Origin: Camelus dromedarius
Taxonomy: Eukaryota
Reading direction: 5' to 3'
NCBI RefSeq assembly: GCF_036321535.1
Contig: NC_087438.1
Span: 1 to 64,000 of the forward strand
DNA length: 64,000 bases
Each line of letters starts with the position of its first letter. Within the stretch, counting starts at the first letter, position 1. The notes under the pieces are model-generated. The model searched no databases. It was not told where the DNA came from and saw only the letters and a list, made by a program, of their open reading frames with translations. This document shows positions 1 to 24,935 of the stretch, piece after piece. A program made the translations under genes and the position numbers.

Positions 1-17
1 ACAGTCGAGCGCTGCGT
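1..17. other. Probable untrimmed PacBio barcode/adapter remnant (bc1008-like, ACAGTCGAGCGCTGCG+T)
   Basis: 17 non-telomeric bases distal to the telomere array; the sequence matches my recollection of PacBio barcode bc1008 plus a T overhang. Confidence 0.8.
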
Positions 18-14362
<14,345 letters not shown>

Positions 14363-14366
<4 letters not shown>

Positions 14367-14930
14367 GAGTGTCACCCTACGTCTGAGTCTTACCCTAAAC
14401 CCTAACCGTATCCCTGAGTCTAACCCTAATTCTGAGTCTAACCCTAAACCCTAACCGTAACCCTGAGTCTAACCCTAAATCTGAGTCTAACCCTAAACCC
14501 TAACCGTAACCCTGAGTCTAACCCTGACTCTATACCCTAACCCCTATACCTGAGTCTATACCTAACCCCTAACCCTGAGTCTAACTCTGTCCTTTAGTCT
14601 AACCCTAATCCTCTAACCCTAAACCCTGAGTCTAACCCTAATCCTTGCTCTGGTTCTAGCCCTAACCCTCACCTTATGTTGTTCCCTAATGCATGACCTT
14701 ACTTGTACCGTAACCCTTACCTTACCCATACCCTGAACTTAACCTGTTCCCAAACTCCTATCCTAACCTGTACTCTAGCCCTATTTCCTACCCTAATCTG
14801 CACCCTAACCCTTTTCCTAACTCTCACCGGTACCCTCACACTGACCCTAACCCTAACCCATTCCCATATCCTACCCCTGATTTTGACCCTAATCCTAATC
14901 CTTAATCCTATTTTCTTGTAACAACCTAGC
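14363..14930. repeat. Telomere variant repeat / degenerate telomere-like junction, including a 49-bp higher-order repeat
   Basis: CCCTGA, GTCTAA and CCGTAA hexamer variants; 49-bp units start at 14363, 14412, 14461 and 14510 (partial), then decay into degenerate CCCTAA-like sequence. Confidence 0.9.
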
Positions 14931-14934
14931 ACTC

Positions 14935-16203
14935 TCCTGATGGTCAAATCCCACAAAGACTTAACAAAAACCCATCCACTAGCCTATGCAATAGAATCCT
15001 CCACTTCCCTGTATATTACTACTTACCCGAAATTAACAGCACAATAGAAATGAGTATCCACCTCCTGCAAATGTCTCCAAAGCAGATAATCCAGTTTTAA
15101 CACTGTAAACCAAGCAATGTCATAAATTATTATGTAAAGGTAAGCAATATGATCAACAACAATTGTAAAATACAGAAAAATCACGTCATCCCATCCACTT
15201 GATTCACCACAAGCTTTAAACAAATTCCACTCCTACTTCATGGCATAAACACTCGTGAAAATAGGACTAGGAACACATTATTCAGTGTGATACAAAGCAG
15301 TATAAAAAACACACGGTGAATGTCAATCATCTGGAACTAGGCCCAGAGAGTTCCTTTCACCTCTGTTATTCACTATAGTACAGGAAATTCCAGGCAAATC
15401 CGGGATGAAAGAGAATAAACATAAAATTGTTACATATAAAAGGACGTCTATTCACAAACACAGTTGACATCATTTTACAGATACATCTTGAAAGCATGAG
15501 CAATTCATTGACTAGCTCAATTTTTAAACTGTGAGCAACTCAAATACTTCAGCAAGTAGATGATACAAAGTATCAGTGAATCAAAATTTGTCTACATGTA
15601 CACATTAACAATGAATGATCTCAAGAATTTAAGAGAATTGTATTTTATATGATGTCAATATTACTAAAATAGTTGAGTCAATTTAATCAAGGTACAAGAC
15701 TAGTAAATTAAAATGGAAAAGACACCACTAAAAGAAATGAAATACAACCTTTAAAAAAAAAAGAAGAAGACATCCCATGTTGGTAACAAAACTAAATATG
15801 GTGTGAGTGCCCAAAGCAATCTAGGGAGACAAGGTAATTTCTATGACAATTTTGGAATAAACACAGAAGTTGATTTTAAAATTCGTATATAATTTTAGGA
15901 ACCCCAAAAAGACAAAACAAACTTGAAAAGGGAAAACCAAAGATAGAGCTTCATATTTTCAAATTTCATGTCAATACAAAGCAATATAAAAAATATGATA
16001 TTGCCATAAAAATATAAATATAGATAAATGGCAGTACATAAGAAGCCCGAACATAATCCCATTCACTTAGGATCAATACATTTTTGACAAGCGTGAATAT
16101 TTAGGGTTTTTTTTTTTTACTACTCTTCCACAAATGATGCTGGGTAACTGGCTATCCACATGCAGGGGAATAAACCACATATATAATTAACTCAAACTAC
16201 ATA
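14935..16203 (+). mobile_element. Old LINE-1 ORF2 fragment (degenerate)
   Basis: A-rich L1 ORF2-like motifs, e.g. acaaatgatgctgggtaactggctatccacatgc and aattaactcaaa; ends at the NUMT. Confidence 0.8.
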
Positions 16204-16761
16204 CATTGGGATATGGCCGATGGTTTTATATTACTGATTGTAGTTTAAAAAAATTTAAATCACCAAGAATGAAAGAGACACCTCCTAAATACATGGAGGA
16301 TGTGGCTAGGTCGGCAGAGGCTCCTACGTGGCCAGATTGCCAGCTAGAGGTGGAGGTACACACGGTTCGACAAGTGCTGGCACCCGCTTCTACTTTTTAT
16401 GATATGAGCAGGTGTAAGAATGACGGGAGAAATTGTGAGAAGCTGCTATCATTCAGTCAGAGCAATGCTGTATTGAATGACCCAATTATCAGTGGGACAA
16501 GTCAGTTTCTGGGTCCCCCAATTGTCCTTAGTATAACTAAAAAACACATGCACCGGATATGCGTACTACACATGCATACGCTGTTATGACAACATCATAG
16601 ATTTGGTCATCTCTGAGGAGCGCTCCAGGTCTCTCTGTCTCAGCGGGGATTAATGACTTTACAGCAGTGCCTACTATTCCAGTTCAAACAATAATATGGT
16701 GATATAAAATGCCAATCTTTGTGACTTGTTGAAAGTTGTCAACAAGTTGGTTTGTGAACTT
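16204..16761 (-). pseudogene. COX1: NUMT COX1 5' portion (frameshifted)
   Basis: Reverse complement contains gaaccgtgtgtacctccacctctagctggcaatctggcc (WTVYPPLAGNLA region) and gagatgaccaaatctatgatgttg (DDQIYNV region); start codon degenerate (AAG). Confidence 0.92.
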
Positions 16762-16762
16762 A

Positions 16763-17138
16763 GGTGGAAGTAGTTGACCAAGCCTTAGACTGTTTGGCCC
16801 CTTTTGGGTCAAGCTCTGTGGTGAATCAACATACTGAAATGCAAATTCTAAAAAAAAAAAAAAAAAAAAAAGCAGCTTCAATTTTGCTAGGGCTTCTCCT
16901 GCAAATGTTTTCTAGATGACTGGAGAAATAACTAGAAGCCAATTTACTAGAAGATTTCCTGTTAACTAAAATGTGCTATGGTGGAAGCCCACCAATCTAC
17001 TAAGTATTTACCTTAATTAACATGTTTGATTTGCATTCAACTGATGTAGTACAATCTCTTGCAATCTATATTTTCAGAAATTAAATTGTACCTCCTTGAA
17101 CATTTGAAAGCCCTTCGTGTATGTTAACCTAAATTCCT
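16763..17138. pseudogene. NUMT WANCY tRNA cluster and OL remnant (Tyr, Cys, OL, Asn, Ala on +; Trp on -)
   Basis: Cys-like agctctgtggtgaat...gcaaattc...gcagcttcaatt; Ala-like tttgatttgcattcaactgatgta; Trp-like revcomp aggaatttaggttaa...ttcaaa. Confidence 0.85.
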
Positions 17139-18108
17139 ACTCCAACACTGATAGAATGGGCGTTAAGGGCAGTAATAGTGTGACTATTAGGATTAGTAAC
17201 CATCAGATGGTTGTTGTCTATGCTTAAAATCTCATTTTTTTAAATTTATTCATAAAAGTAGAAGAAGTGATATGCAGAATTTTAGCCAGATGTACAAATA
17301 TATGTTGAACAGTACTGTGAGGACTGTTAGTGCTGGTAGGTTGCTGTTACTGGTTTCTGTTATATCTCAAATGATTACTCATTTGAGGAAAAACCCTGAT
17401 CCTGGTGGGAGGCCTCCTAATAAAATATGATGCTGGGGATGAGGATCGTCACTGGAAGTGTTTTATTTCACTTGTGTGATAACGACAGAGTTGTGGTCCA
17501 TGAGCAGAGCATGAATAGCAAGACGACAGTGTGGAATGATATAAGTTAGTACATTCAGGGTCGTCATGGTTGGATTACACACTATAATAGCTGTCATCCA
17601 TCCTCTATGGACAACTGACAAGCAGGCTATAAATGTGGTAGTGGAGTTTTGTTAGTCTGCCTCGGCTGCTGACGATCATTCATAACACACCTGTGAATAA
17701 CAGTATGCTTCGGGGGACGGGTGTTGAGATTTGCTGTAACACTTGGGGGTGCACATTCATCACGTTAATTGCATTGGCCCTGCTGCGTGGGGGATGCCCT
17801 GTGTAGCTTCAGTCACTCAGAAAAGAAATGTGACAAGTCCAACTATGTGACTAGGGCTTTTGTTTAAATGGTGGATCCTGTTGGATAAAAAAATTTTGTA
17901 CTTGTCCATGGCTGGAGGATATTAGATTAAAAGTAAAATCCCACATAAATAGTATGGATGTGGTGTGTTGTGTTAGAGAACAGTTGTTGGGTGCTTCTAT
18001 AACTTGTGCATTCAACTTTCTTATTAGAATGGAAATACTTGTACAATGTCAGCTTGCTAATAAAATCATGGAATGGTCAGTAGAATGATAGTGAAAAATA
18101 GGGTTTAT
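17137..18108 (-). pseudogene. ND2: NUMT ND2 (decayed)
   Basis: Revcomp begins ataaaccct, contains ttctgagtgactgaagctacacagggcatcccc (FWVPEVTQGIP-like) and ends ...ctgcccttaacgcccattctatcagtgttggagtag (LPLTPILSVLE*). Confidence 0.9.
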
Positions 18109-18301
18109 TAGCATAGTAAGGATATCAAACGACACTGATAGCTCACTTGGGGGACCATCCATCACCACAGAATGTGGTATAATGTGGCAGCATGAACACT
18201 TTTAAGTTCTTAAGGGAACGATCAATTCCTGTGATTCTAGGAATAAGAGTTCTTAGACCTCTTTTATTTACTTTTCAGATAACTCTTTTGTCAAACTTAC
18301 C
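18109..18301. pseudogene. NUMT tRNA Ile/Gln/Met cluster remnant
   Basis: Gln-like cagaatgtggtataat...ttcctgtgattctag (18168-18240) and Ile-like ataactcttttgtcaaac, lying between ND1 and ND2. Confidence 0.8.
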
Positions 18302-19196
18302 AATGTTTTCGGTGGGATGCCCAATGCACTGATGGGTAGTGAAACATACACAGGGCTACTGTTAGTGTTAAATTTTTTTTCATAGGAGATGTATAAGTTG
18401 ATCATCTCAAAATTTTGGATAGGATATTCAAAGTCCAAGGAAGGAGACTGTTAGGAGGATTGTTTGAATAACATTGGCTGTATGTAATTTGTCTGTATAT
18501 AATTCTATTATCTAGGGATTTGAAATGCTCCTAAAAGTAAATTATGAAAATATTTATTATCATGATATAGACCTAACCTGCTATAAAGGCCAGAGAAAAT
18601 AGACCTGCTACATAGTCTACATTGAAGCTAGATACAACTTTGGAGTCTCCTTCTGTTAAGTCCAATGGAGCTCCGTTGATTTCTGCTACAGTAGAGGTAA
18701 ATAAAAATCTGACTAGGAGTTGGGAGGGGGAAATTAATCAGATATTCTTGTGTAATAACTGAGAGTATAAATGATCTATTTATCAGTAGGAATGATAAAG
18801 CAATAACTGCTAGTTTACTTCACATGAGATTGTCTGTGCTGCTGCCCACAGAGCTCCGGTGAGTGTGTGTTTTTAATATGAAGGTAATGCAGATCAGGGG
18901 GTGGAATACATGTCTAGGCTTCATACAGCCAGTATGAGAAGTATGCATAGGTTCACATGAGCAAACAGTGGGTAAGGAATGAGAAGAGGAACTCCTAATG
19001 TGGAAGCCATGGTTAAGGCCAGCATTGGTGCAACTATATGTATATAATGTACACTGGTGTATTATATATAATTTAACACTATATATGTTTGGGCCTCTCC
19101 AAATTTCCAGAACCTAGGACTTCCTTCAAATAATATGAGAAGTGAAACATCGATTAAAACTGTAATCATTAGTAAAGGAATGCAGATTATAAACCT
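18302..19196 (-). pseudogene. ND1: NUMT ND1 (decayed)
   Basis: Revcomp gatcaacttatacatctcctatgaaaaaa (DQLMHLLWKN) and ggcatcccaccgaaaaca (GIPPQT-like C-terminus). Confidence 0.9.
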
Positions 19197-19198
19197 AT

Positions 19199-19273
19199 TC
19201 TTAGGAAGAGGACTTAGGCTTCAGGAAATAAAGGTTTTGGTTTGATGCAATTGCTGAGCTCTGCTACCCTAAC
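19199..19273 (-). pseudogene. NUMT tRNA-Leu(UUR)
   Basis: Revcomp gttagggtagcagagctcagcaattgcat...tcctcttcctaaga. Confidence 0.85.
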
Positions 19274-20240
19274 AAACCACGTTCTACAGTAGAGTATGTC
19301 AAAATTATTTAAATTGTATTGTATCACCAATTAGTTTGAAGGTGCTTTTGTAAAGCGACCCTTAACTCCCCTGTCCTCTCAGACTGGGACAATAAATAGA
19401 AACCAATCGGGATCACTCCAGCCTGAACTCACATCTCACAGAACTCTAACCATTGAATGAACCACTTACAGCAGTGATAACATTGGGATATTCTGATCCA
19501 ATTCTGAGGCTATAAACCCTATTGTTGAAGTGAACTCTAAATTTGGATTGAACTGTTATCCCTGGAGTGCCTTGTTCTGTTAATCAATGTATTGGATCAA
19601 TACATGCTACAGCATTTTGAATAGCTGGTCTAAATGTTAATCACTTGGAGTCTGGAGTTTGTTTTATTCACTGGGGCCACCACAACCAAAATTTTTAAAC
19701 CATTAAAAGCTGTGCTATTCCTTAATATTCAGTTCATTACTTTATAGGTTAGACGCCTAAAGCACCATAGGAGCTTCTCATTTTATATGGCTCCCACCTC
19801 TTATTGGGAAGGTCAATTCCACTGATAAAAAGAGATACTAAAACCTTGTGGGGCCATCCTCCCAACTCCTTATGTGGAAAACAAATGATTATGCTACCTT
19901 GGCAGGGTCGGGAACCACAGCCATTAACCATGCCCGTGGTCAGGCAGTGCCTCTAAGACCAGAAGTGCTAGAGTTAATCTTCCTGGTAAACAGGCAGGAC
20001 TTGTGATCACCACGTTCCTTTTACTTTTTTTTTAATCTTTCCTAGAAATTCATACCTGTGTTAGATTAAGAATTGTTTTTATAAATAATTAAATATTGAT
20101 TAGGGTTTATTTTACTGTAAATTATCAGTAGCTTATTCATTCTGATATAAGCTTATGCAAGGAGAAATATTTCCTGTTGCCCATATGAAGAGTACTGCTT
20201 TTACTAATTAATAGATTAGCTCAGTATTAAATTGTGAGGG

Positions 20241-20263
20241 TTTTCTTTTCTTTTCTTTTCTTT

Positions 20264-20309
<46 letters not shown>
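20241..20309. repeat. (TTTTC)n / poly-T tract
   Basis: Directly visible low-complexity run inside the NUMT 16S. Confidence 0.95.
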
Positions 20310-20312
<3 letters not shown>

Positions 20313-20352
20313 ATTGGTATTGTGATGAGTGTGTTCTTGACCTTGAAAACTT

Positions 20353-20472
20353 GCCCTTTTTTAGGGGGGTGGCAAATAGGTTTATTTATTTCTTTAATGG
20401 AGGTTCCGGGGATTGAACCCAGGACCTTGTGCATGCTATGCACACACTCTACCACTGAGCTATACCCTCCCA
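20353..20472 (-). mobile_element. tRNA-Ala-derived SINE (camelid vic-1 type) with 13-bp TSD
   Basis: Revcomp gggagggtatagctcagtggtagagtgtgtgcatagcatgcacaaggtcctgggttcaatccccgg (A and B boxes) with tail aaataaataaacct; TSD accttgaaaactt (20340-20352) / accttgaatactt (20473-20485). Confidence 0.9.
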
Positions 20473-20913
20473 ACCTTGAATACTTTCTTAAAGGGTGGCT
20501 GTTTTTAAGCCAACTACAACATTGTTTATACTGATACTCTAGAGTTTTTATCCTGTAACTAAAAACCTGTGCCTTTTATTAAAAAAAAAAACATTGAAAA
20601 TTATAAGTTATATTCTTAATTAATCATTAAAACTGAACTAAAATTCTTTAATGGACAACATGCTGTCAGCAGCCTTGTTAGGGTTACTACCTCTACTCAT
20701 AGATCTTCCATTTTACATATAGATGAGTCTGTTCCACTAAACTGTTCATAAGTACCTCATCTGGGTTCAAGGTACTTAACTTATTTCATCATTCCCTAAT
20801 GGTACTTTATGCTACCAGATTTAAATGTCTATTTTCTGTGCATTAGCTGTTAAATGAATCTTTAATTTACTTATGACAGTTAAATTTGGTGGGAAGCCTC
20901 AGCTAGTTTTAGT

Positions 20914-20981
20914 TCAAACTTTCCATGAAGTATGGAATCGACTGGGTGTAAACCAGGTGCTTTTCTTTAAACTACACTTCA
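20914..20981 (-). pseudogene. NUMT tRNA-Val
   Basis: Revcomp aagtgtagtttaaagaaaagcacctggtttacacccag between 12S and 16S. Confidence 0.85.
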
Positions 20982-21947
20982 GTGTATCCAAGCACACTCT
21001 CCAGTGTGCCCACCTTGTAAGGACTCCTCTCCTTTTTAATGTCTACTACTTATTAATGGGTTATGAAAATGTATTGCTATTTGAGAAGGGTGATGAGTGT
21101 GCCTGCTTCATGGCCTGACTGTATTAGGCACTCTTAATTTACAACTAAGTTCTCCTTTGGTATTTCACCATAATTTTGTATATATCATTTTGTACTCAAG
21201 GTAGAAAATGAAACCCTTATCTTCCCACCCCATAGGTTACACCTAGAACTAACGTTTTTATGTCTGATCATTATGATCACTGTTGCTCCTTCTGGGGGTT
21301 TGCTGAAGATGCTGGTACACAGACATATAGACTGTGTTCATAAGAGTGGTGAGGTTTAACAGGTTTTGCAAATTATAAACACCATAGGAAGCACCATGAA
21401 TCCTTTTAGTTTTTTGGATTATGCTAGTATTCATTTGGCCAATAATTTTTTTTATAATCATTTTATTTTGATTTAAAGAGAAGTATAGTTGGATATCTAC
21501 CCCCTTACTGACACATGGACACAACTTCGAATCTTTACTGACCTGTAACAAGGAATGTTAAAGTCATTTTAGTAGCTTATTTTCACTTTAGCTATGGCTT
21601 TGCACACCGTAGCTAGGACTTAACTTTATTTCACAATACTCTTTAGCATTCATCACACTGACTTTCTATTATTTGAGGTTCATGTTATGACAGTGATGCC
21701 TGGCATGATAATTTACCAACCCTAATTTGTTATGATAACCTAGTCAAACTTTCACTTGTGGCTTAATTTTTATTGCCATTTCCCATAGGGGCATGGGTCA
21801 GTGAGGCATTGAAAGATATGTCTAGGGTGCTTGATACCTGCACACTTTACTCTTTTAAAATATTTAGAGAGCATTCTCACGGGAATGCAGAAACTTGCAT
21901 GTGTAATTTTATTACAAGTTATTAGAAAGGCCAAAATGAATTCTATA
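20982..21947 (-). pseudogene. RNR1: NUMT mitochondrial 12S rRNA
   Basis: Revcomp 3' end acaaggtgggcacactggagagtgtgcttgga; 5' part aataaaattacacatgcaag; internal gtaccagcatcttcagcaaaccc. Confidence 0.92.
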
Positions 21948-22017
21948 TATTTATGGAGTTAGTAAACTCGTCCAGGCATTTTCACTGCCTTGCTTTAATT
22001 ATTAAATCTACATCGAC
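21948..22017 (-). pseudogene. NUMT tRNA-Phe
   Basis: Revcomp gtcgatgtagatttaataattaaagcaaggcagtgaaaatgcctggacgag...ctccataaata. Confidence 0.9.
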
Positions 22018-22610
22018 ACACTGAGTAGGATTTTCAACATATGAGATCTTTGTATTTAACTGATATCTTGGTATTTGTTATAGCAGTCCATATTGTGTTA
22101 AAATTAGTATTAAAATATATGATATTTCTTTTGAAGACTACTACAGTGTACTGTATTTTTAATTTTGTTCAAAGTAAATAGCAGATCTAGGGGTATGTCT
22201 ATCGATATAAGCCTTATATATCTAAACAGTAGATGGATAGAGTTAAAAGGCTACTTTGCAGTTATAGTAACTGGGTGGGTGAAGTAAGGGCAGTATGTTT
22301 GTTAGATGAGTCAGTTGAATCTTACATAGTTACATCCTTTGCCTTGTTTGGTGGGGTTTGGCAAGGTGATAAGGACAGACAAAGTATGAGATTAAGCAGT
22401 AAGCAGAGGGGTAATAAAGCAAGCTATTTACTGATTTGCATGTGGATGTGGATGTGTAATTTCTGAATGTCCTGTGACCACTGACTCAATAACACATTAT
22501 GATGGTCAATGACGTTGGTAAATACTATTCAGTTTAATACAAGCTACAGGTTACTTGACTGTGCTAAGGTCTCTGATGACCATAACTGAGTCACAGCTTT
22601 CCCCCAACAA
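22018..22610 (-). pseudogene. NUMT control region (CSB domain and end of central domain)
   Basis: Revcomp CSB1-like tattgagtcagtggtcacaggacat, CSB3-like tgccaaacccc, central-domain-like gactcagttatggtcatcagagaccttagcacagtcaag. Confidence 0.8.
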
Positions 22611-24176
22611 CTATCACTTGGTTCAGCAACTTCCCTCATATATATGCATATATGGCAAAAAATTTACAACAGGTGTCCAAACAAAAAATGCTACACTACA
22701 CTAATAGTCATGGCAGCATGATTTGAAACAGCTCAAAGGTAGAAACTATTCAAATGTCCATCAATGGATGAAAGGATATGCAAAGTACAGTGGATCCATA
22801 AACTGTCATATAATTCTGCCATTGAAAGAAATACAGTAAAATGGTGCAGCCACTGTGGAAAACAGTATGGTGGTTCCTCAAAAACTCAAACATAGAGTTA
22901 ATGTATCATCTGTTGATTCAACTTCTGGGCATAAACCCAAAAGGTTTAAAAGCAGGGACTGAAAAACACATTTCTACAGCCATGTTCATACCAGCCCTAC
23001 TCACACCGGCCAAAAGACGTAAGGAACCCAAGTGTCCATAGATGCATGATTCCATACACAAATGTAGTATATACAGAATTAAGTAAGATTCAGCCTTTAA
23101 AACAAAGGTAATTCTGACACATGCTACAATGTGGATGGACTTTGAAGTCACTCAAGGGAAACAAACCAAATCAAACCAAAAAGGACAAACATTCTGTGAT
23201 TCTAAGATAAGGTATCCATATAAGTCTAATTCAATAACAAAATGTACAATGTACTTGCCAGGGGGTTAGGAGTTCATGACTAATGGATACAGTTTCACTT
23301 GGGGAAACTGAAAAAGTAATGGAGATGAGTGCTGAGGATATTTCTACAACAATGTAAACATAGTTAATATCCAAGAACTATATGACATAAATGTAATGAA
23401 ACTACATACTTAAGGCAATTTAAATGGTAAATGTTATATGGAAAACATTTATTCACAATGAAAAACATGAAGTACTGATATTTGTTACAACAGGGATGAA
23501 CAATGAAAACATCATAAGAAAAAGAAGCCATACAGATCACACTCATCCTGTGCCCTTTACTTCGGTCAAAGTTGAGAAAATAAGGGAAAGTCTTGAGAAC
23601 AGTTCTGGGAAAAAGAAAAAAATAAAACATTGGATCGGATTCAGAAAACCCATTGCGATACAGTTGGAGCAGGTGCTGACAGTGGAACTGAGACTGTGGA
23701 CTGCATTATGAAGTGAAAACCATAATGAGGCCTCACTTGGATGTTATGTGGTGACACAGAGTGTCTCTATTCAAGGTAAAAACACACTAGAGATTGTCAT
23801 GAGAAGTGGCATACGTGCTACATCAGTGATGAGTGAGAAACCTGAGCTTACAGATGAACAGTACACTGTCCTGCTACTGCACATATTCTGTATGCTTAAA
23901 ATTATTGGAAAGTAAATAATTTTTTTTAAATCAACCATGTCAAAATCATAACAGGAAAGCAGAGAAAACATCAGACTTCACTGTAGAGCCCAAGCCTTCT
24001 CCAGTTCCAGTTGATCCAAAGTGGTTAAGCTGATCACCCTTGCAGGAATCTACGTATTATTAAGAGACACCATAAGATAATGTCATAAGCCACTACGTCT
24101 TGGTTGTTGTGAAGGACTTGGATGTGATAAAAAAAAAGGGGGGGGGGCAATTTTGAATTCTACTTTTCCACATCAA

Positions 24177-24935
24177 CATACCAAAAAAATGTTAAAAAGT
24201 AATAACTAACTTTAGTAAAGCTACATGATATAATATCAATATACAAAAATCAATTGACTTTCTGTACACTAATAACGAAGTTTCAGAAAGAGAAATTAAT
24301 AAAGCAATTCCATTTAACAATTGTACCAAAAATAAAATAAAATAAATACCTAGGAATAAAATTAACCAAGGATGTGAAACGCCTACACAGGGAAAGTTAG
24401 AAAACACTGATAAAGAAATTGAAGAGGATGCACACAAAATCAAACTTCTGCTTGTGCACTAGAAGAACATTACTGTAACATTCACGAAGCCTAAGCAGTG
24501 CACACATTAATTGCAAACTCTACCAAACTCTACCAAATGGCATTTTTTTCACAGAAACAGAAAACAAGAAATCCTACCATTTGTATGGAACAAAAAAGAA
24601 CCTGGAATAGCCTAAGCAACCTTGAGAAGGGAGAACACAGTTGGAGGCATCTCCCTCCCTGGCTTCACACGACATTAGGAAGCTACAGTCACCAGCAGAG
24701 ATACAGTAAGATATTGGCACAAAAACAGGCACATGGACCAGAGGCACAGAATAGGGAGCACAGGAATAAACCCATCTTTAGTGTGCCATCAATTCATGGC
24801 AAAAGAGCCAAGAACACAAATTGGGAAAAGGACAGTCCCCTCAATAAATGGTGCCAAGATCTTTGGACACCATACCCCCAAACAATGACACCAGACACTA
24901 TCAACACCTAATACAAAATCAAGTAAATTTGAAAA
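24177..24935 (+). mobile_element. L1 ORF2 internal fragment flanked by the direct repeat ttttccacatcaa
   Basis: L1 ORF2 motifs (atcaatatacaaaaatcaattg, cctaggaataaa, aataaatggtgc); repeats at 24164-24176 and 24936-24948. Confidence 0.85.

Larger units (their letters stand above)
19274..20913 (-). pseudogene. RNR2: NUMT mitochondrial 16S rRNA, interrupted by a SINE and a T-rich microsatellite
   Basis: Revcomp gagatgtgagttcaggctggagtgatcccgattggtttctattta and ccaggataacagttcaatcc resemble conserved 16S motifs. Confidence 0.92.
16204..22610 (-). pseudogene. NUMT: ancient nuclear copy of mtDNA from the control region to 5' COX1
   Basis: The reverse complement shows recognisable mammalian mt genes in standard vertebrate order over ~6.4 kb, with many substitutions and indels. 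Confidence 0.97.

Noticed and set aside
14703..14956. LTLT / RVRV ORFs
   Set aside because: Translations of degenerate telomeric hexamers; no evidence of a gene.
16206..16589. 127-aa plus-strand ORF
   Set aside because: Antisense to the decayed COX1 NUMT; chance open frame.
20398..20471. Functional nuclear tRNA-Ala gene
   Set aside because: Has a SINE tail and TSD and imperfect stems; it is a tRNA-derived SINE.
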